Assembly (NCBI GenBank): GCA_964270895.1
Contig: OZ185446.1
Length of the DNA stretch: 64,000 nt
Direction: 5' to 3' (one strand)
Source of the DNA: Podarcis filfolensis
Taxonomy: Eukaryota
How positions within the stretch are numbered: the stretch's first letter is position 1; each line of letters opens with the position of its first letter. This document shows, piece by piece, positions 1 through 12,754 of this stretch. The notes under the pieces were generated by a model. The model saw nothing but the letters and a program-made list of their open reading frames with translations, was not told the origin of the DNA and did no database searches. A program made the position numbers and the translations under genes.

Positions 1-1079
1 TATACAGCTCCAATATTGATGGTGGTGTGGTAAAGCTCTGACCTGCTTCAGATGATCTTATTTAAGCTTTATAAGCCAAGATATGAATGAGTCCTTTGCC
101 CACAGCCCCTTTGTCCCCCCCCCCAAGTGGAATACCACAATGCAACGATGAAGCCTCTAACCAACCACAGTTTCCTATTTCATCTTATCTGAGAAACCAT
201 GGTCACCAACTTCACAACAAGCCCATATCCTTAACCAGGGTTTGAAGTTGGTTTAGGATCCTGGTTTGTTTCCAAGTTCAGATAAAATGGATAACTTTGC
301 TGAATTGTGGCTTGCAAGAAAGGAAGGGGCTTCACACACAACCTAAAGCTTGCTCATATTTCGGGTCATTAAGCCAAGATATGGTGATCTAATTACTTCT
401 GTCTACAAAATACTTCAGGACTCTTTGATTGTTACCTAGACTATTCCACAGATTCTGGGCACGTGAAAGTCCACACTGACTGAAACCTGTCACCCTTAAC
501 TATACTTTTTAAAAGTTAGTTTTTTTCTGTGTGCAAAATCTGGTACCAATATTTTATTGCGGTCAATAATGTCATACCCAGCACCCAGATGAGTGGAGGT
601 CCTGGAAACACAAATCTTGTCATTCCATACAAAGTAGGCTTTCCAGCTACTATTTAACCTTCCTCTGCTATATATCAGGAATTATGCATTTCTAAGCAGC
701 TAGAATACTTGGTTGCTTGGGGCAAGAGAGTTTCTGAATGCCTGGGTCAAAACAAAAGTAAGGATTATTTTGGAAAACGGGACAAGAAAATGGGCATAAA
801 GAGAAGTCACAAAGCAACAAGAATTTGCATCCCATCCTAGCCAGACCAGGACATTGTCTAAGTCAAAATATATTTTGGGTGGTGGTGGGGAAGGAATGCT
901 TCTGAATGTTCTTAAAACTGAAGAGAGAGAGAGAATGAAAGTCTTCCCTTCTCAACTCTCTTTTCAAGTCTGTGTAACACTAGGGAGTTGTGGTCTTTGA
1001 TGGCTTGGTTTGGAACAGGCATGTTAAGAAATGGACAATTACTACACAACAACCAAAATAGGCACGTTTTTTTAACTCC

Positions 1080-1920
1080 CACTTCCTGGTTTCGTGGGCA
1101 GTCATTCGGGTTAAAATGACACCAGCCGGCTTCTAATTAGATTCCCCACTCACAGACAGAGAACCTTATTTCATACAACATCAAAGAGACTACAGGCACA
1201 TCTATAATCATCAGTATTGGTTTGAGCAGTCAAAGGGAATAATCACTACAAGCTGAGCTCCCTTCTGGACATGTTCATATCCATCTCTGTATTTATCTGT
1301 TGCTCACTTGTTACAAATTTACGACAGGCCATTCCATTTTGTTTTTGACCAACCTGGAATTGTTAAAGTCCGGGATGGAAAACTCGGTTCCCCATCAAAT
1401 GTTGTTGGACTGCAACTCCAGCTGTCCTGGTCATTTGCCAGGCTCTTGAAGTTGATGTGAGTTGTAGTCCAACAACATCTTGAGAGCGCCAAGTTGTCCA
1501 CCCCAGATTAGCCAGATATGTTGGTGACTGAAGATGGCATTGCATAAACCACATGCTCATCCACTGAACTTTGGACCTTTTCCTGTAGGCGCCCCATCAT
1601 TCTTTAACCAGCCAGGCTACCAGCAGATCCCACTACAAAAACCAGCCTTTGACCCCATGACCTTACGCTGCTCCCTCAGTTAACCTTAAATGCACATTCT
1701 GGGTTTTTTCAGAACCGGATCCTCAACACAGGACTCCTGCAGGCAACCTGTTTATCGAGAATTCTTCCTGATTTGCTTGCACAAAGCTTATGAGGTGGTT
1801 AGATTGTATTTGGTGTTTATCTGTTCTAATTCGTTTATGGGGCGAGTATATATGTGAATGAGCATTTGTCCTGATTTCGCTTGCAGGGCGTGTGTGCATT
1901 GTCCCGTTAATCATTTGTTC
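1080..1920. promoter_or_regulatory. Candidate endodermal/enterocyte enhancer (ETS, TCF/LEF, HNF4, GATA, CDX, HNF1 motifs)
   Basis: ACTTCCTG 1081-1088, ACATCAAAG 1178-1186, TGAACTTTGGACCT 1565-1578, TTATCT 1817-1822, TTTATGG 1834-1840, GTTAATCATTTGT 1906-1918. Motif evidence only. Confidence 0.4.
1371..1506. mobile_element. Degenerate palindromic hAT-like MITE
   Basis: Inverted arms atgttgttggactgcaactc / gagttgtagtccaacaacat; resembles an abundant squamate hairpin MITE. Confidence 0.6.
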
Positions 1921-2048
1921 TTCCCACACTTTTTCATTTCAGTTCCCCCACCGCTCGCACCACAAAAGCCAATTTTTTCTCCTCCTCATGTGGATTTGTT
2001 GCAGCAGGACAACACAGCAATTTAATAGTGTGCAAAGCCGCATTTACA

Positions 2049-2406
2049 GGGACGCGGGTGGCGCTGTGGGTTAAACCACAGAGCCTAGGACTTGCCGATC
2101 AGAAGGTCGGCGGTTCGAATCCCCGTGACGGGGTGAGCTCCCGTTGCTCGGTCCCTGCTCCTGCCAACCTAGCAGTTCGAAAGCACGTCAAAGTGCAAGT
2201 AGATAAATAGGTACCACTCCGGTGGGAAGATAAACGGCGTTTCCGTGCGCTGCTCTGGTTCACCAGAAGTGGCTTAGTCATGCTGGCCACATGACCCGGA
2301 AGCTGTACGCCGGCTCCCTCGGCCAGTAAAGCGGGATGAGCGCCGCAAACCCAGAGTCGGTCACGACTGGACTTAATGGTCAGGGGTCCCTTTACCTTTA
2401 CCTTTA
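2049..2406 (+). mobile_element. Sauria SINE, full length
   Basis: gggacgcgggtggcgctgtgggttaaacc head with A/B boxes (ggttcgaatcc), (accttt)n tail, seven near-identical copies in the window. Confidence 0.93.
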
Positions 2407-3914
2407 AAGTTGCATTTGGGGTATGCAGATGAGTCCCTCCTGCAAAAATGCTCTGGAGCCAAGTCCTGCTCAATTCAACAGCACTTGCTTCAGGAGTCAC
2501 CAACCCAGTGCCCATGGGCACCGTGGCACCCACAAAGGTCTTCAATGACACCCTCAGGAAGACATGAGGTTGTCCTGGGAGAGGTGAGGTGAGGAGAAAC
2601 AGCAATCTTGTGTTACCGCATGCCCTCATGGCAGCCATTTTGTGTTATGCCATGCCGCCCATGACAGCCATTTTGTGACTGGAGCCCACAGCACTCTCAA
2701 AATTCATAATGTGTCCTTTGGTCCAAAAAGGTTGGCGCCCGATGCCTTGGCATGTAGAAAGCAAGTAGAAGGATCTGTTGAATAAGCCCCAAAAGACTAG
2801 CACAGTGTCTTAGAAGGTCACTTGGTTGTCCTTGGTTCAGGTGTGCCTGTGGGCGGTGAATTTAGACATAAACAAAGGGAAGCCCAAAACACCATGAAAC
2901 AATCCCTGGCCAGCCCTGCCTGGCTGCTGCCTATGCATCAATGAAAGTGGGAATGTCACAAATTTCAACCGGCTTCAGACCTGGTTCACTAACTGGGGCT
3001 TTTAACAGCTGAGTTTCCAAGCAGAAATTCTCTGTTGCTGGCACCTGCCTGTCTCAAGAGACAATGGAGTGTGTCTCCTGGGGCGAAGTCAAACTGCTGT
3101 GTTAGTAGCACCAAAGTGACCTCCTTAGGGTGCAAGCCTGGGCAGTGTGTATGGAGGTCCTGGGCTGCCCAGACAACAAGACCCCCCCCCCAGCTTCACA
3201 TATGTGGCCTAAAAGGAAAGCAGAGCAAGACGTTTGGCACCAGTTTGGCTGCAGGAGTTGCTGGGAGGAGGCATGCAAGGCACCATCCAACTGCCTTAGG
3301 GACTCCACTCCAGATTTGACAAAGTTTTTTTTTACTCCTGAGCCTTTTCTTCTCCAGTAGATATCCTGCAAGGTTTAGGACCAGAGTTTTCCTTCTTCCC
3401 AGGTGGATCAGCCCCATCTGCTCCTCACTTCCTTCTACACAGCATGCGCAGAAACTGCCTTCTTGACCGATGGACCCACTATTGATCTCATCTGCGCAAT
3501 CCGCTGGAGCCTGTCTTCACATGCTTATTTCTCAAACTTTTGTGGGAGTGGGGCTCAAGCCCCCATCCCCATCCATTCTTCTACACGTTTATGGCCCCAG
3601 TCTCCCGATCCACAGCAGAGCAGCCGTTTGGATGAATTGTACACGGCCTTGGCAACTGAGGAGTGCCACAATCTGTGGGGATGAGCACTCAACCTCTGGC
3701 ATCGAAAGAGGAAACAGTACAGGACAGCGGAGCCCTCCAGAAAGCACACAACAGGGAAATGCCATGTAAACAAAGCAGCTCCCCTTGCCCCTATCCTGCT
3801 TAGGAAAGTGGAGAAGCAAGAGCTTGGAAGCTGGGTGAGGCCAAAGGGGCCCCGTATAGACCAGAACAATGGCCAAAGTGAAGCCCACATGTAGGACCTG
3901 AGGGCAACTGCCCT

Positions 3915-4131
3915 TGTTATGTACTGAAGTTCTCACCCTGGGCCAGCAGGGGATACTGTAGATAGTTTTCCCTCAGGTCCACATATGCAAATAAGGGATT
4001 GAAAGTGACGTTCAGTGATTGGATATTTACAGAAAGTTGTTACTGTTGCGTTGTAGTGGAGCTCTATATAAGCAGGCTGGCTGAACCCTTCAGTTCAGTT
4101 CTGTTCTGGGCCTGTGAATAAACAAGAGCTA
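3915..4131 (+). mobile_element. Solo LTR fragment (Gypsy-like), 3'-truncated
   Basis: Starts TG (tgttatgtactg). Contains octamer ATGCAAAT 3985-3992, inverted CCAAT, TATATAA 4065-4071 and AATAAA near 4117 in U3-R order. No terminal CA found. Confidence 0.6.
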
Positions 4132-4276
4132 GAGCCTGCAAATCATTTCTTGATGAACTGCATTTGACAGCCTTCCCAGCAACCTCCAGTTCCAAAGAAA
4201 ACCATGATGCCGCCTCAGGAATCTAGGCAGGCTTGCGCTCCTGGAAGCTGTTCATTTTAACATTTATTTTCGTAAA

Positions 4277-4610
4277 CAGGAGTGGGGAACCTTTCTCAGC
4301 CCCAAGGTCTGCATTTGCTACTGGGCAACTTACCACAGGCCACACGCCAGTGGAAGGCAGGCCAGGGGCAAAAATGGATGTCTATTTCTCCTCAGTACAG
4401 TAGGCTAGTTTCTACACAAACCCACACACCAGCCTCTGTCCTCCATTGAGGGGAGCAAGAAGCATTATTATAGTTCAAGGAGGCACTCAAGCCAGGAAAA
4501 CACACTCAAGGGAGGTGTGAAACCGAGTTGGGATTTGCCTGAGGAGAGTGCTCTGAGGGCTAGACGGAAAGTTCTGGAAGGCCACACTTGGCCCTGAGGT
4601 TACCCATCAT
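4277..4610. mobile_element. Old hAT-like non-autonomous element
   Basis: caggagtggggaacc start and a decayed matching end (gaggttaccca). Confidence 0.35.
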
Positions 4611-5439
4611 ATTTCTCAAAAGGTAGAAAGAAGAACTTGCCATAAAAAAAACCCCAAAGGCCTCACTTGCATGATACGTCTAAAACAGTACGACTCTCAG
4701 CACCGTAACTACAGTTTCCAGGATTGTTTGGCAGAAGCAAACGACTGTTCAAAGTGGTATAAAACTGTTTTAAGTGTACAGTGGAGATGTGGCCAAGATC
4801 AGGCAATGTACCAACCTCAGGTACTTAGTAGCCGGACCCTTTCCTTCCAACCCAGCTCTCAACCATTCAGTTAAGCTCAGGGAAAGACACCCTGAGGTAA
4901 ATTCTGCCACAAAGCTTTTCCTTTTCAGGGATTATGAGTAGTCAGGGATGCTGCGAAGCGCTGGAGAAATGTTCGGTGGAAAGAAGGAGAAAACCACACA
5001 TATCACCCTCAGACACTTTGAAGCCATAAAGTCAGCGCGACCCCACAGCCTCCAGAACGGGAAATAAATTCCAAAGTGGCTTGAGAATAAGGAAGGAAAA
5101 CAGAAGCCCTGTTTGCTGGGGAAGAGAACGTTCAAGAAATTGGAAGGCAGGTTTTGGCGCAGCTATTGGGCAAAAATTATCCGTGGGCTGAACAGAGACA
5201 TCCCTTGGCGCCTTTTCTTTGACGCCGTCACACCAACACAGTCTATCACACACACCCCAGGCATCAACCGTAGACGTGCTATAGTAAGCCGCCACCTTCC
5301 TGCAGCGACTGAAAAGATCTACATTAATATGTAACCAGTTATAGGGTGGAACTCGGAATTACTTTCTCCTGTGAACATATTCCATGCTACGTGGTTGCGA
5401 CTGACCTATATGGCTCCCTGTGTTTCCCTGCAATACCAA

Positions 5440-6605
5440 AGAATCATAAAATTGGAGAGTTGGAATGCAGGAATCTCAGCTGAAGTATCCATGACAGGTG
5501 GCTATCCAAACTCTGCTTCAAAACCTTCAAGGAAGGAGAGTCCACAACCTCCTGAGGGAGACCGTTCCACTATTGAACAGCTCTTACTGTCAGAAAGTTA
5601 TTCCTGATATTTAGCTGGAATCTCCTTTCTTGTAGCTTGAAACCATTGGTTTGGGTCCTGCCCTCCAGAGCAGGATAAAACATGCTTGCTCCATCATCCA
5701 TGTGACAACCCTTTAGATATGTGAAGATTGTTGTCATATTTCCTCTCACTCTCCTCTTTTCCAGGCCAATTCCCTCAACCGTTCCTCATCAGGCTTGGTT
5801 TCCAGACCCTTGATCATCTTGGTTGCCCTTCTCTGCACATGTTCCAACTTGTCAACGTTCTTCTTAAATTTTGGTGCCTAGAATTGGACACAGTATTCCA
5901 GGTGTGGCCTGACCAAGGTAGAATAAAGCCGTGCTATGACCACCCTATATTTGTGCATCTGATTATTCCTGCCTAACTGTCAAATCTTACGCCTGTCCCA
6001 ACTGAAATTCATTTTACTAGTTTGGGCCCAGTTCTCCAATCGATTAAGGGCATACTGGATGCTGTTTTCTATCTTCTGCAGTGTTATCTACCTCTCCCGG
6101 TTTAGCATCATCTGCTAATGTGATAAGCAGTTCCTCTATTCCTTCATCAAATTCATTTATAAAGATTTTGAACAACACTGGCCCCAGGACAGAACATGTG
6201 GCACCCCACTTGCCACTTTCCCCAGGGTGACAAGGAGCCATTAATGAGCATCTTTGGGTTTGGTCAGTCACCTAACAGGAACATAGTCTAGCCCACATTA
6301 TATCAGCTTCTCTGCAAGAAGATCACAGATGACTTCGTCAAAAGCCTTACTGAAATCAAGACATACTACATCCACAGCATTCCTCGGATCCACCGAGCTT
6401 GTAACGCTCTCAAAATAAGAAATAAGCTTTGTCTTGCATGACTTGCTTTTGAGAAACCCTTGCTGGCTCTTAGTCATCGCAACATTCTTTTCTATGAGTT
6501 CGCAGTTCAGTTACCTATTCTAGGACCTTTCCTGGTATCGATGTTAAGGTGAGGCAGGTGCCTGGCCTCCTCACCCCACCTCAGCTTTTGAAGATGGAAA
6601 ACAAC
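5440..6605 (-). mobile_element. CR1 LINE 3' fragment (~1.1 kb), decayed
   Basis: Minus-strand RT remnant GPVLFKIFINEFDEGIEELLITLADDAK (FADD-like) and CR1-type (ATTCT) tail at the left end. Confidence 0.9.
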
Positions 6606-7429
6606 ATCAGTGTAGCACAAAAGGTACTGCAGTGGAACATCTACAATTCTACAATTCTGTGATCTGAAAAGGGGGCAGAAATGATAGCTTTGGCTGCTGC
6701 ATCACAATATTGGACACTTCTGAAGACACCCTTAATTATATCCCTTCTTTTTTATTTTATAGGTCCACCGGTTCCTCACTCCCTGGTTTGAGGGAGGGTG
6801 GAATTTGAACCCACAACCACAACGATGCAACCCAGTGGGAGTTAGGGAAGCCACCACAGGCCTACTGTCATTCTGCCTTGTCACAAATGCCCTTCCACAC
6901 CTTGGCCTTTTGATTTCCAGCTTCTTCTTTTTGTTTTACCGTTCTGTTCCATTTCAGCCTGTTTCACACTTTTATTCATTTTAGGGTGTGTGTGTGTTTT
7001 TGATTTGCTGTCTTTCATTTTGCCTTGGGGGCGGAGAGCCGAACACCGTGGCCCCATCCAATGGCCCGATTGCACCTTCTACCTCCTAGGAAGACTAGCT
7101 CAGCAAGCGGGACACTAGCTTGGCCAGAGAAGGAGCAGCTGCGGTGAGCTTGCTTCCGCCGCTCCTGACCATAAAGAGCGCTAAGCTACAATTGCAAATT
7201 GCCCTGGAACTGTGGAACCAGAGGGAAGTACGCTGTTGGCTTCTGCCATATTTCAGGGGGCTGAAGGTCACACCCCCTGCCTCCCCAGAAGATAAGCAGT
7301 GTGCCCTTATCCATTGGCCAGATAAGAAAGAGCTGCAGAGAGTTTATTTGTGTTTATTATTATTAATTGCTACATATACTCCTTTTACCACCACCTTGTG
7401 AACCAATTTGACTGAAAGACACCAAAAAA

Positions 7430-7881
7430 ATTCTAGGCACCAAAATTTAAGAAGGATGTTGACAAAATGGAACGTGTGCAGAGATGATCAAGGGTCTGGA
7501 AACCAAGCCTGATGAGGAACAGTTGAGGGAGTTGGGTATGTTTGGCCAGGAAAAGAAGAGACTGAGAGGATATATGACAACCATCTTCAAATATCTAAAG
7601 GGCTTTCACATGGACGATGGAGCAAGCATGTTTTATCCTGCTCTGGAGGGTAGGACTCAAAACAATGGGTTCAAGCTACAAGAAAGGAGTTTCCGATTAA
7701 ATATCAGAAAGAACTCTTCCTGATAGTAAGAGCTGTTCTATAGTGGAACCGTCTCCCTCAGAAGGTTGTGGACTCTCCTTCCTTGGAGGTTTCAAAGCAG
7801 AGGCTGGAGGACCACCAATGCATTGCAGAGGGTTGGACTAGATGACCCGTGGAGTCCCTTGTAACAATTCTATGATTCTAT
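7430..7881 (+). mobile_element. CR1 LINE 3' fragment
   Basis: [20 protein letters not shown]...IFKYLKG CR1 ORF2 C-terminus; attctatgattctat tail. Confidence 0.9.
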
Positions 7882-8033
7882 AAAAATGAATAAGCAATAA
7901 ATATGTTTGCAAACTGTTGAGAAAGGTGGAATAAGACAGAGATGGATGCATGTGTGTGTGTGTGTGTAGGAGAGAGGGAGAGAGGGAGAGAGAATAAAAT
8001 ACAAATGACTTGTTTGCTGCCCAGTAAGGTGTC

Positions 8034-8379
8034 CTTTGAGAGTCCCATGGACCGCAAGAAGATCAAACCTATCCATTCTTAAGGAAATCAGCCCTGAGTG
8101 CTCACTGGAAGGACAGATGCTGAAGCTGAGGCTCCAATACTTTGGCCACCTCATGAGAAGAGAAGACTCCCTGGAAAAGACCCTGATGTTGGGAAAGATG
8201 GAGGGCACAAGGTGAAGGGTACAACAGAGGACGAGATGGTTGGATAGTGTTCTCGAAGCTACTAACATGAGTTTGACCAAACTGCGGGAGGCAGTGGAAG
8301 ACAGGAGTGCCTGGCATGCTCTGGTCCATGGGGTCACGAAGAGTCGGACACGACTAAATGACTAAACAACAACAACAAC
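8034..8379 (+). mobile_element. BovB (RTE) LINE 3' fragment with TSD aaggtgtc
   Basis: KEISPECSLEGQMLKLRLQYFGHLMRR; (caa)n tail; aaggtgtc at 8026-8033 and 8380-8387. Confidence 0.95.
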
Positions 8380-9208
8380 AAGGTGTCTTTGTAGGGCTGC
8401 TAGATTCATTTTTAAGCTATGCTTAAATGTGTTGAATTTCTGCAACATGAGATTGTCTTTCTGATCACTTGCTACCAGAGTTTTCCCAACTGTTGGAAAC
8501 TGCTGTTGTCTTCCATGGCAATGCCTCCCGGCCTCCTTCTCCTTGAGGAATCAGCCTGGAAGCAAAAGGATCACCTCTGCTCTGAAACCTGCAGACGTCT
8601 CCACACAGCCGCCTGGGAAGGCTTTAGCAACCGTTGCCACCAAGTCCTTGGGGAGGAATGTCATGGGAGGGAGGGAGCGAGGCAGAGAAAAGGAGGGAGG
8701 AGAAGGGCTCGCTTGTTTGAGCTGTGGCGGGCAGGGGAGTCCACCTCGCTTTGCCTAGAACCAGCAGGAACGGGATAGAACTGGCCCTGCGAATTACTTC
8801 TCTCCCCTGGGGCTTATCGGAGCAAAAATCAGCCTGATTCTGCTATTGAAAAGGAAAGAGCTTGTGTTGTGTGCTGGAAGAGTTAGCTCTGTGGCAATGG
8901 CTTCTTGAAATCCCACTGCCCCCCTGACTTGAGGGCAGAGGAACTGGAAGGGATGGTGGCGGCAAGGAGCAATTTCGCCCAATTTCTCCAGAAGAGGGGA
9001 AATTCTCAGATCTGGGCTCCACATCAATAGTGGCAAGAACATCCACAGTCTCTCTCTCTCACACACACACACAGCCCAACAACTTGTGTTGCCCCCATTT
9101 TGAATCCTCCACAATGTTCCAGGATGTTCTGAAGGGGTGGAGAGAAATGGAGAATATTCAGGGGAAAGTCTGAATATTCAGGCATTCTCTGAGAGAAATG
9201 TCTTCTCC

Positions 9209-9640
9209 CATTGGCTCCCAGTACGTTTCCGTGCACAATTCAAAGTGTTGGTGCTGACCTTTCAAGCCCTAAACGGCCTCGGCCCAGTATACCTGAAGGA
9301 GCGTCTCCACCCCCATCATTCTGCCCGGACGCTGAGGTCCAGCGCCGAGGGCCTTCTGGCAGTTCCCTCGTTACGAGAAGCCAAGTTACAGGGAACGAGG
9401 CAGAGGGTCTTCTCGGTGGTGGTGCCCGCCCTGTGAAACGCCCTCCCACCAGATGTCAAAGAGAAGAACAACTACCAAACTTATAGAAGATATCTGAAGG
9501 CAGCCCTGTTTAGGGAAGCTTTTAATGTTTAACAGACCACTGTATTTTAATACTTTGTTGGAAGCTGCCCAGAGTGGCTGGGGAGACCCAGCCAGAAGGG
9601 CAGGGTATAAATAAATCATCATCATCATCATCATCATCAA
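9209..9640 (+). mobile_element. L2 LINE 3' fragment with (ATC)n tail
   Basis: HWLPVRFRAQFKVLVLTFQALNGLGPVYLKERL; same family as 55458-56500. Confidence 0.9.
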
Positions 9641-9917
9641 TGCTTTCTCCCGCTCCAGAAGGTAGGACCTGAACCAATGGCCTCAAGTAACAAGAAAGGA
9701 GATTACAGCTAAACATCAGGAAGAAATTTCTGACAGTAAGAGCTGTTCAACAGTGGAACGGACTTCCTCAATGGGTGTTGGGCCCTCCTTCCTAGTTTTT
9801 TTTTTTTTAAAGCAGAGGTTAGATGGCCATCTGTCAGGGATGCTTTAGCTGAAATTCCTGTGTTGCAGGAGGGTTGGACTAGATGACCCTTGCGGTCCCC
9901 CAACTCTACGATTCTAT
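9641..9917 (+). mobile_element. CR1 LINE 3' fragment
   Basis: ...aacatcaggaagaaatttctgacagtaagagctgttc...gttggactagatgaccc...attctatga. Confidence 0.85.
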
Positions 9918-11994
9918 GAAATTCCTACTTGGCTGTAGTAGGAAGTGCTTTTTGGTTCTGCAACATTCACCGACACTCTTATCAGAGCCATCGTACTGGA
10001 CCCCTAAGGCACTGGTACTGGCCCAAATTCTAACAAAATTCATTTTAAAAAAACAACAACCTTAAGCACTTTAAATGCTTCCAGAAATATTATGAAACTG
10101 GTCTAGGGAGGAGGCAGGCAAAATGAGAGAGAGATATAGAATGCAATGGATTGGTTTCCCCATCAGAGTTTCGCAGGAGTGACTGACAAGGGGAGGCAAT
10201 GCTGTGTAGCTGTCAACCTGACACCAGCATCCCTGCTGCTTACCTGGGTGTGGCAGGGATGAGGCCCCTGGAAGCTTGGCTAAGCATGAGTGTGGCCCTC
10301 AGGCCCAACACTGCATATGGATGTATGGCCGCCATTTTGGCCAGGAATTCAGTGGCACCGGAAGGGCAACAGCAACAGCTTAACAAATATTGCCTGCCCC
10401 CCAGCAGTCTGCAACTGATTCCCTGCCCAATTCTGCCTTTGTTACTAGGTGGAAAAATAAGTTCAATTGCACCTTTTGTCAATATTATCTTTAGCAAAGT
10501 TTCCCACGTCCGGAAATAAATACACTTGACTTCCTCTTTTCTACATTAAACAGTTTGCGCTCTCGGCTAGCACTGCCTTAAAAAAATAGCCCAGCACCCC
10601 TTCTAAGATACTATCCAGTGTTACTCTGAAGTAAACCATCACATAAAGAGTCCAGGTCTTCTTGAGGCTGTTTTGCATCTCAAATTAACAGGGCGCATGA
10701 GGGAAGAGGAACCATTGTAGAAAAACCAGGTGACAGGGGTCCTTGTGTGTATGCAGCCAAATTATTTCATTACTTTTTTTTAAATGGACACAAGGCAAGC
10801 TGTAATATTTAGCTGATCTGGTGCTTGGGCTACAGGAATCCTTTATCAACTGAGAAAATCTAGACAATCTCTTCTTCCCCCTTCCTGCCTTCTGAAACAA
10901 GAAGTGTACAGAACAACTTTTAAATTAAACCCAGCTCCTGCCGCAAGTCAGATGAGTCACCGACGCTGAACAAAACAGAGATAATTACTTGTTGTGTGAA
11001 AGTCAAAGCAATTAGACTGCGCTGGAAGAAAAAGCCAGCTATTGTCTTGGAAATATGTTATGTATGTATTCGGTTTGGAAAGGGTTTCTTCTACCACCCA
11101 GCGAAAGGCCGTAGAACGCAATTTCCAATGGTGCAATAAAAACAGTAGTTTCTGCAAATCTTTCTGAAGAGGATCCAGCTGACCCCTTCCCCCTTTTATT
11201 AACGACACCATGGGGAGAAGAAATCTACACACACTCCCTGCCACGCTGGGAAAGGTCCCAGTCCACACCTCTCGTATTTCGGCCTGACAGCATGCTACTC
11301 TTAGAAGCATAGGAGCCCTGCGGCAAGGAAACATGGCAACCCTGATAAATGCAGTGGGGAAACACAGATCTAAATGCTGCCTTCAAATCAAACACTTGGG
11401 AAGAAGTAGCCCTTTCTCCCTTGGATTGGATTCGATCCAAATAAACCGGTTTGCTTCTAAAGTCACTTTGTGAGTTTCTGTGTCATCCTGTCCTTAACAG
11501 GGACTTTAAAACAGGCCCCGTTTCTTCCAAAGGGGGCAACCGTAGGCGACTTTTAACTACGCTTTGTCCGCCAACGGGCTGCCAAACAGGTCCACAGCCT
11601 CACGCAGCTCTGTCCCTTGCCAAAGGAATTCTGGAGATTCTACTTACCTTCTTATCTCCTCCTTTTTTCCCCTGCCACCCCAAATGCACCACTGAGCAGA
11701 TCGCCGGCTCCTGACACGCTCTCTCTCCTCCTGGGCTCCCTCTGGCAGAAGGGGGCATGGCAAAGAGGAAGGTAATTCAATAGTGTACTTAAGCAGGGCG
11801 GTGGAGGCCAGCCTCCCGGCGAGTCACACCCATCCTCTCGCATGAGAATCGGCGGAGCAGCAGTCTGCAGCCAGGAACAGCTTTCGACGGAAAGTTTCAG
11901 CACTCCACAGAGCAAGCAAATGAAACCATGGCTATTGCTGCTCTCTCGACTGGGCGAAACAGTTAGGCAGACCTCTCTCTCTCTCTGTGACACA

Positions 11995-12523
11995 AGTATT
12001 ACCAACGGTAGAAGAGTGGCAGATGAAGATGATGGATTTTATGGAGCTGGCTGATCTCACCAGGAGAATCCGCGACCAGAAAGAAGAGGAATATCAAGAA
12101 GAGTGGAAGAAATTTAAAGACTATTTGAATAAATATTCTAATATTAAAGATTTGTAATTACTTGAAAGAACCAATTAGGCCTAGGACTAAATAAATAAAT
12201 GAGAAATAGAATGATAAGAAAAGTTAGGAAATTTGATTATAACCTGAATATTGTTTTTTTAAGGGAATAATGATATTGGAAACTGCTACATCCAATTACA
12301 AGGAAATTCAGAGGGAAAAGATTTGAGGAAGTCAATTAATATGTTTATGAAGTTGGAGTTTAACTGATTAAGTTCTATTGTATGTGGTGTTATTTTTGGG
12401 TATTATCTGTGAGGTTTGTAATATGTTATCTCTTTTTCTTTTCTTTTATTATTGTTTTTCTTATTTTTGTTTTGTTGAAGTTATGTGTTTGTATGAAATT
12501 CAATAAATATTATTGGGGGGGAA
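11995..12523 (+). mobile_element. L1-clade LINE 3' fragment with long TSD
   Basis: PTVEEWQMKMMDFMELADLTRRIRDQKEEEYQEEWKKFKDYL ORF2-end, T-rich 3' UTR, AATAAA near 12502, flanking duplication agacc(tc)n..gacaca at 11969-11994 and 12524-12547. Confidence 0.75.
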
Positions 12524-12754
12524 AGACCTCTCTCTCTCTCTGACACACACACTTTTTACCTAGGCATTGCAGATGTGAGGCAGTGCATGTTTGCTGCTCA
12601 GCAAAGTTTCGGATGCGACAAACTTTGAAATGCAACTATCCTTCAAATGCACCGTCCTCTGAATTTTGTGTGGCTGTTCGCCAGCCGGAAAAAAAGGGTA
12701 CAAAACGAGCATAAAAATGCAGACATTTGCAAAAATGATATTTGAAAAATTACT

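Noticed and set aside
2099-2638. 179-aa and similar ORFs overlapping SINE/BovB copies (also 13099-13662, 7870-8337, 44552-44899)
   Set aside because: Antisense or off-frame readings of repeats; the same peptides recur at each copy.
3196-3417. KKKLCQIWSGVPKAVG resembling the villin N-terminal GLQIW motif
   Set aside because: The downstream villin residues (MVPVP...FFEGDCY) are absent and there are no fitting splice sites.
4947-5334. Long + strand frame with one internal stop (MLRSAGEMF...RFWRSYWAKIIRG...) as an endogenous viral or pseudogene fragment
   Set aside because: No recognisable motif, splice signals or family similarity. A BLASTx would settle it, but chance is the simpler explanation.
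8470-8530. Minus-strand GCCATGG Kozak start (MEDNSSFQQLGKLW*) as a VILL first coding exon
   Set aside because: Stops after 14 codons, with no convincing donor or villin similarity.
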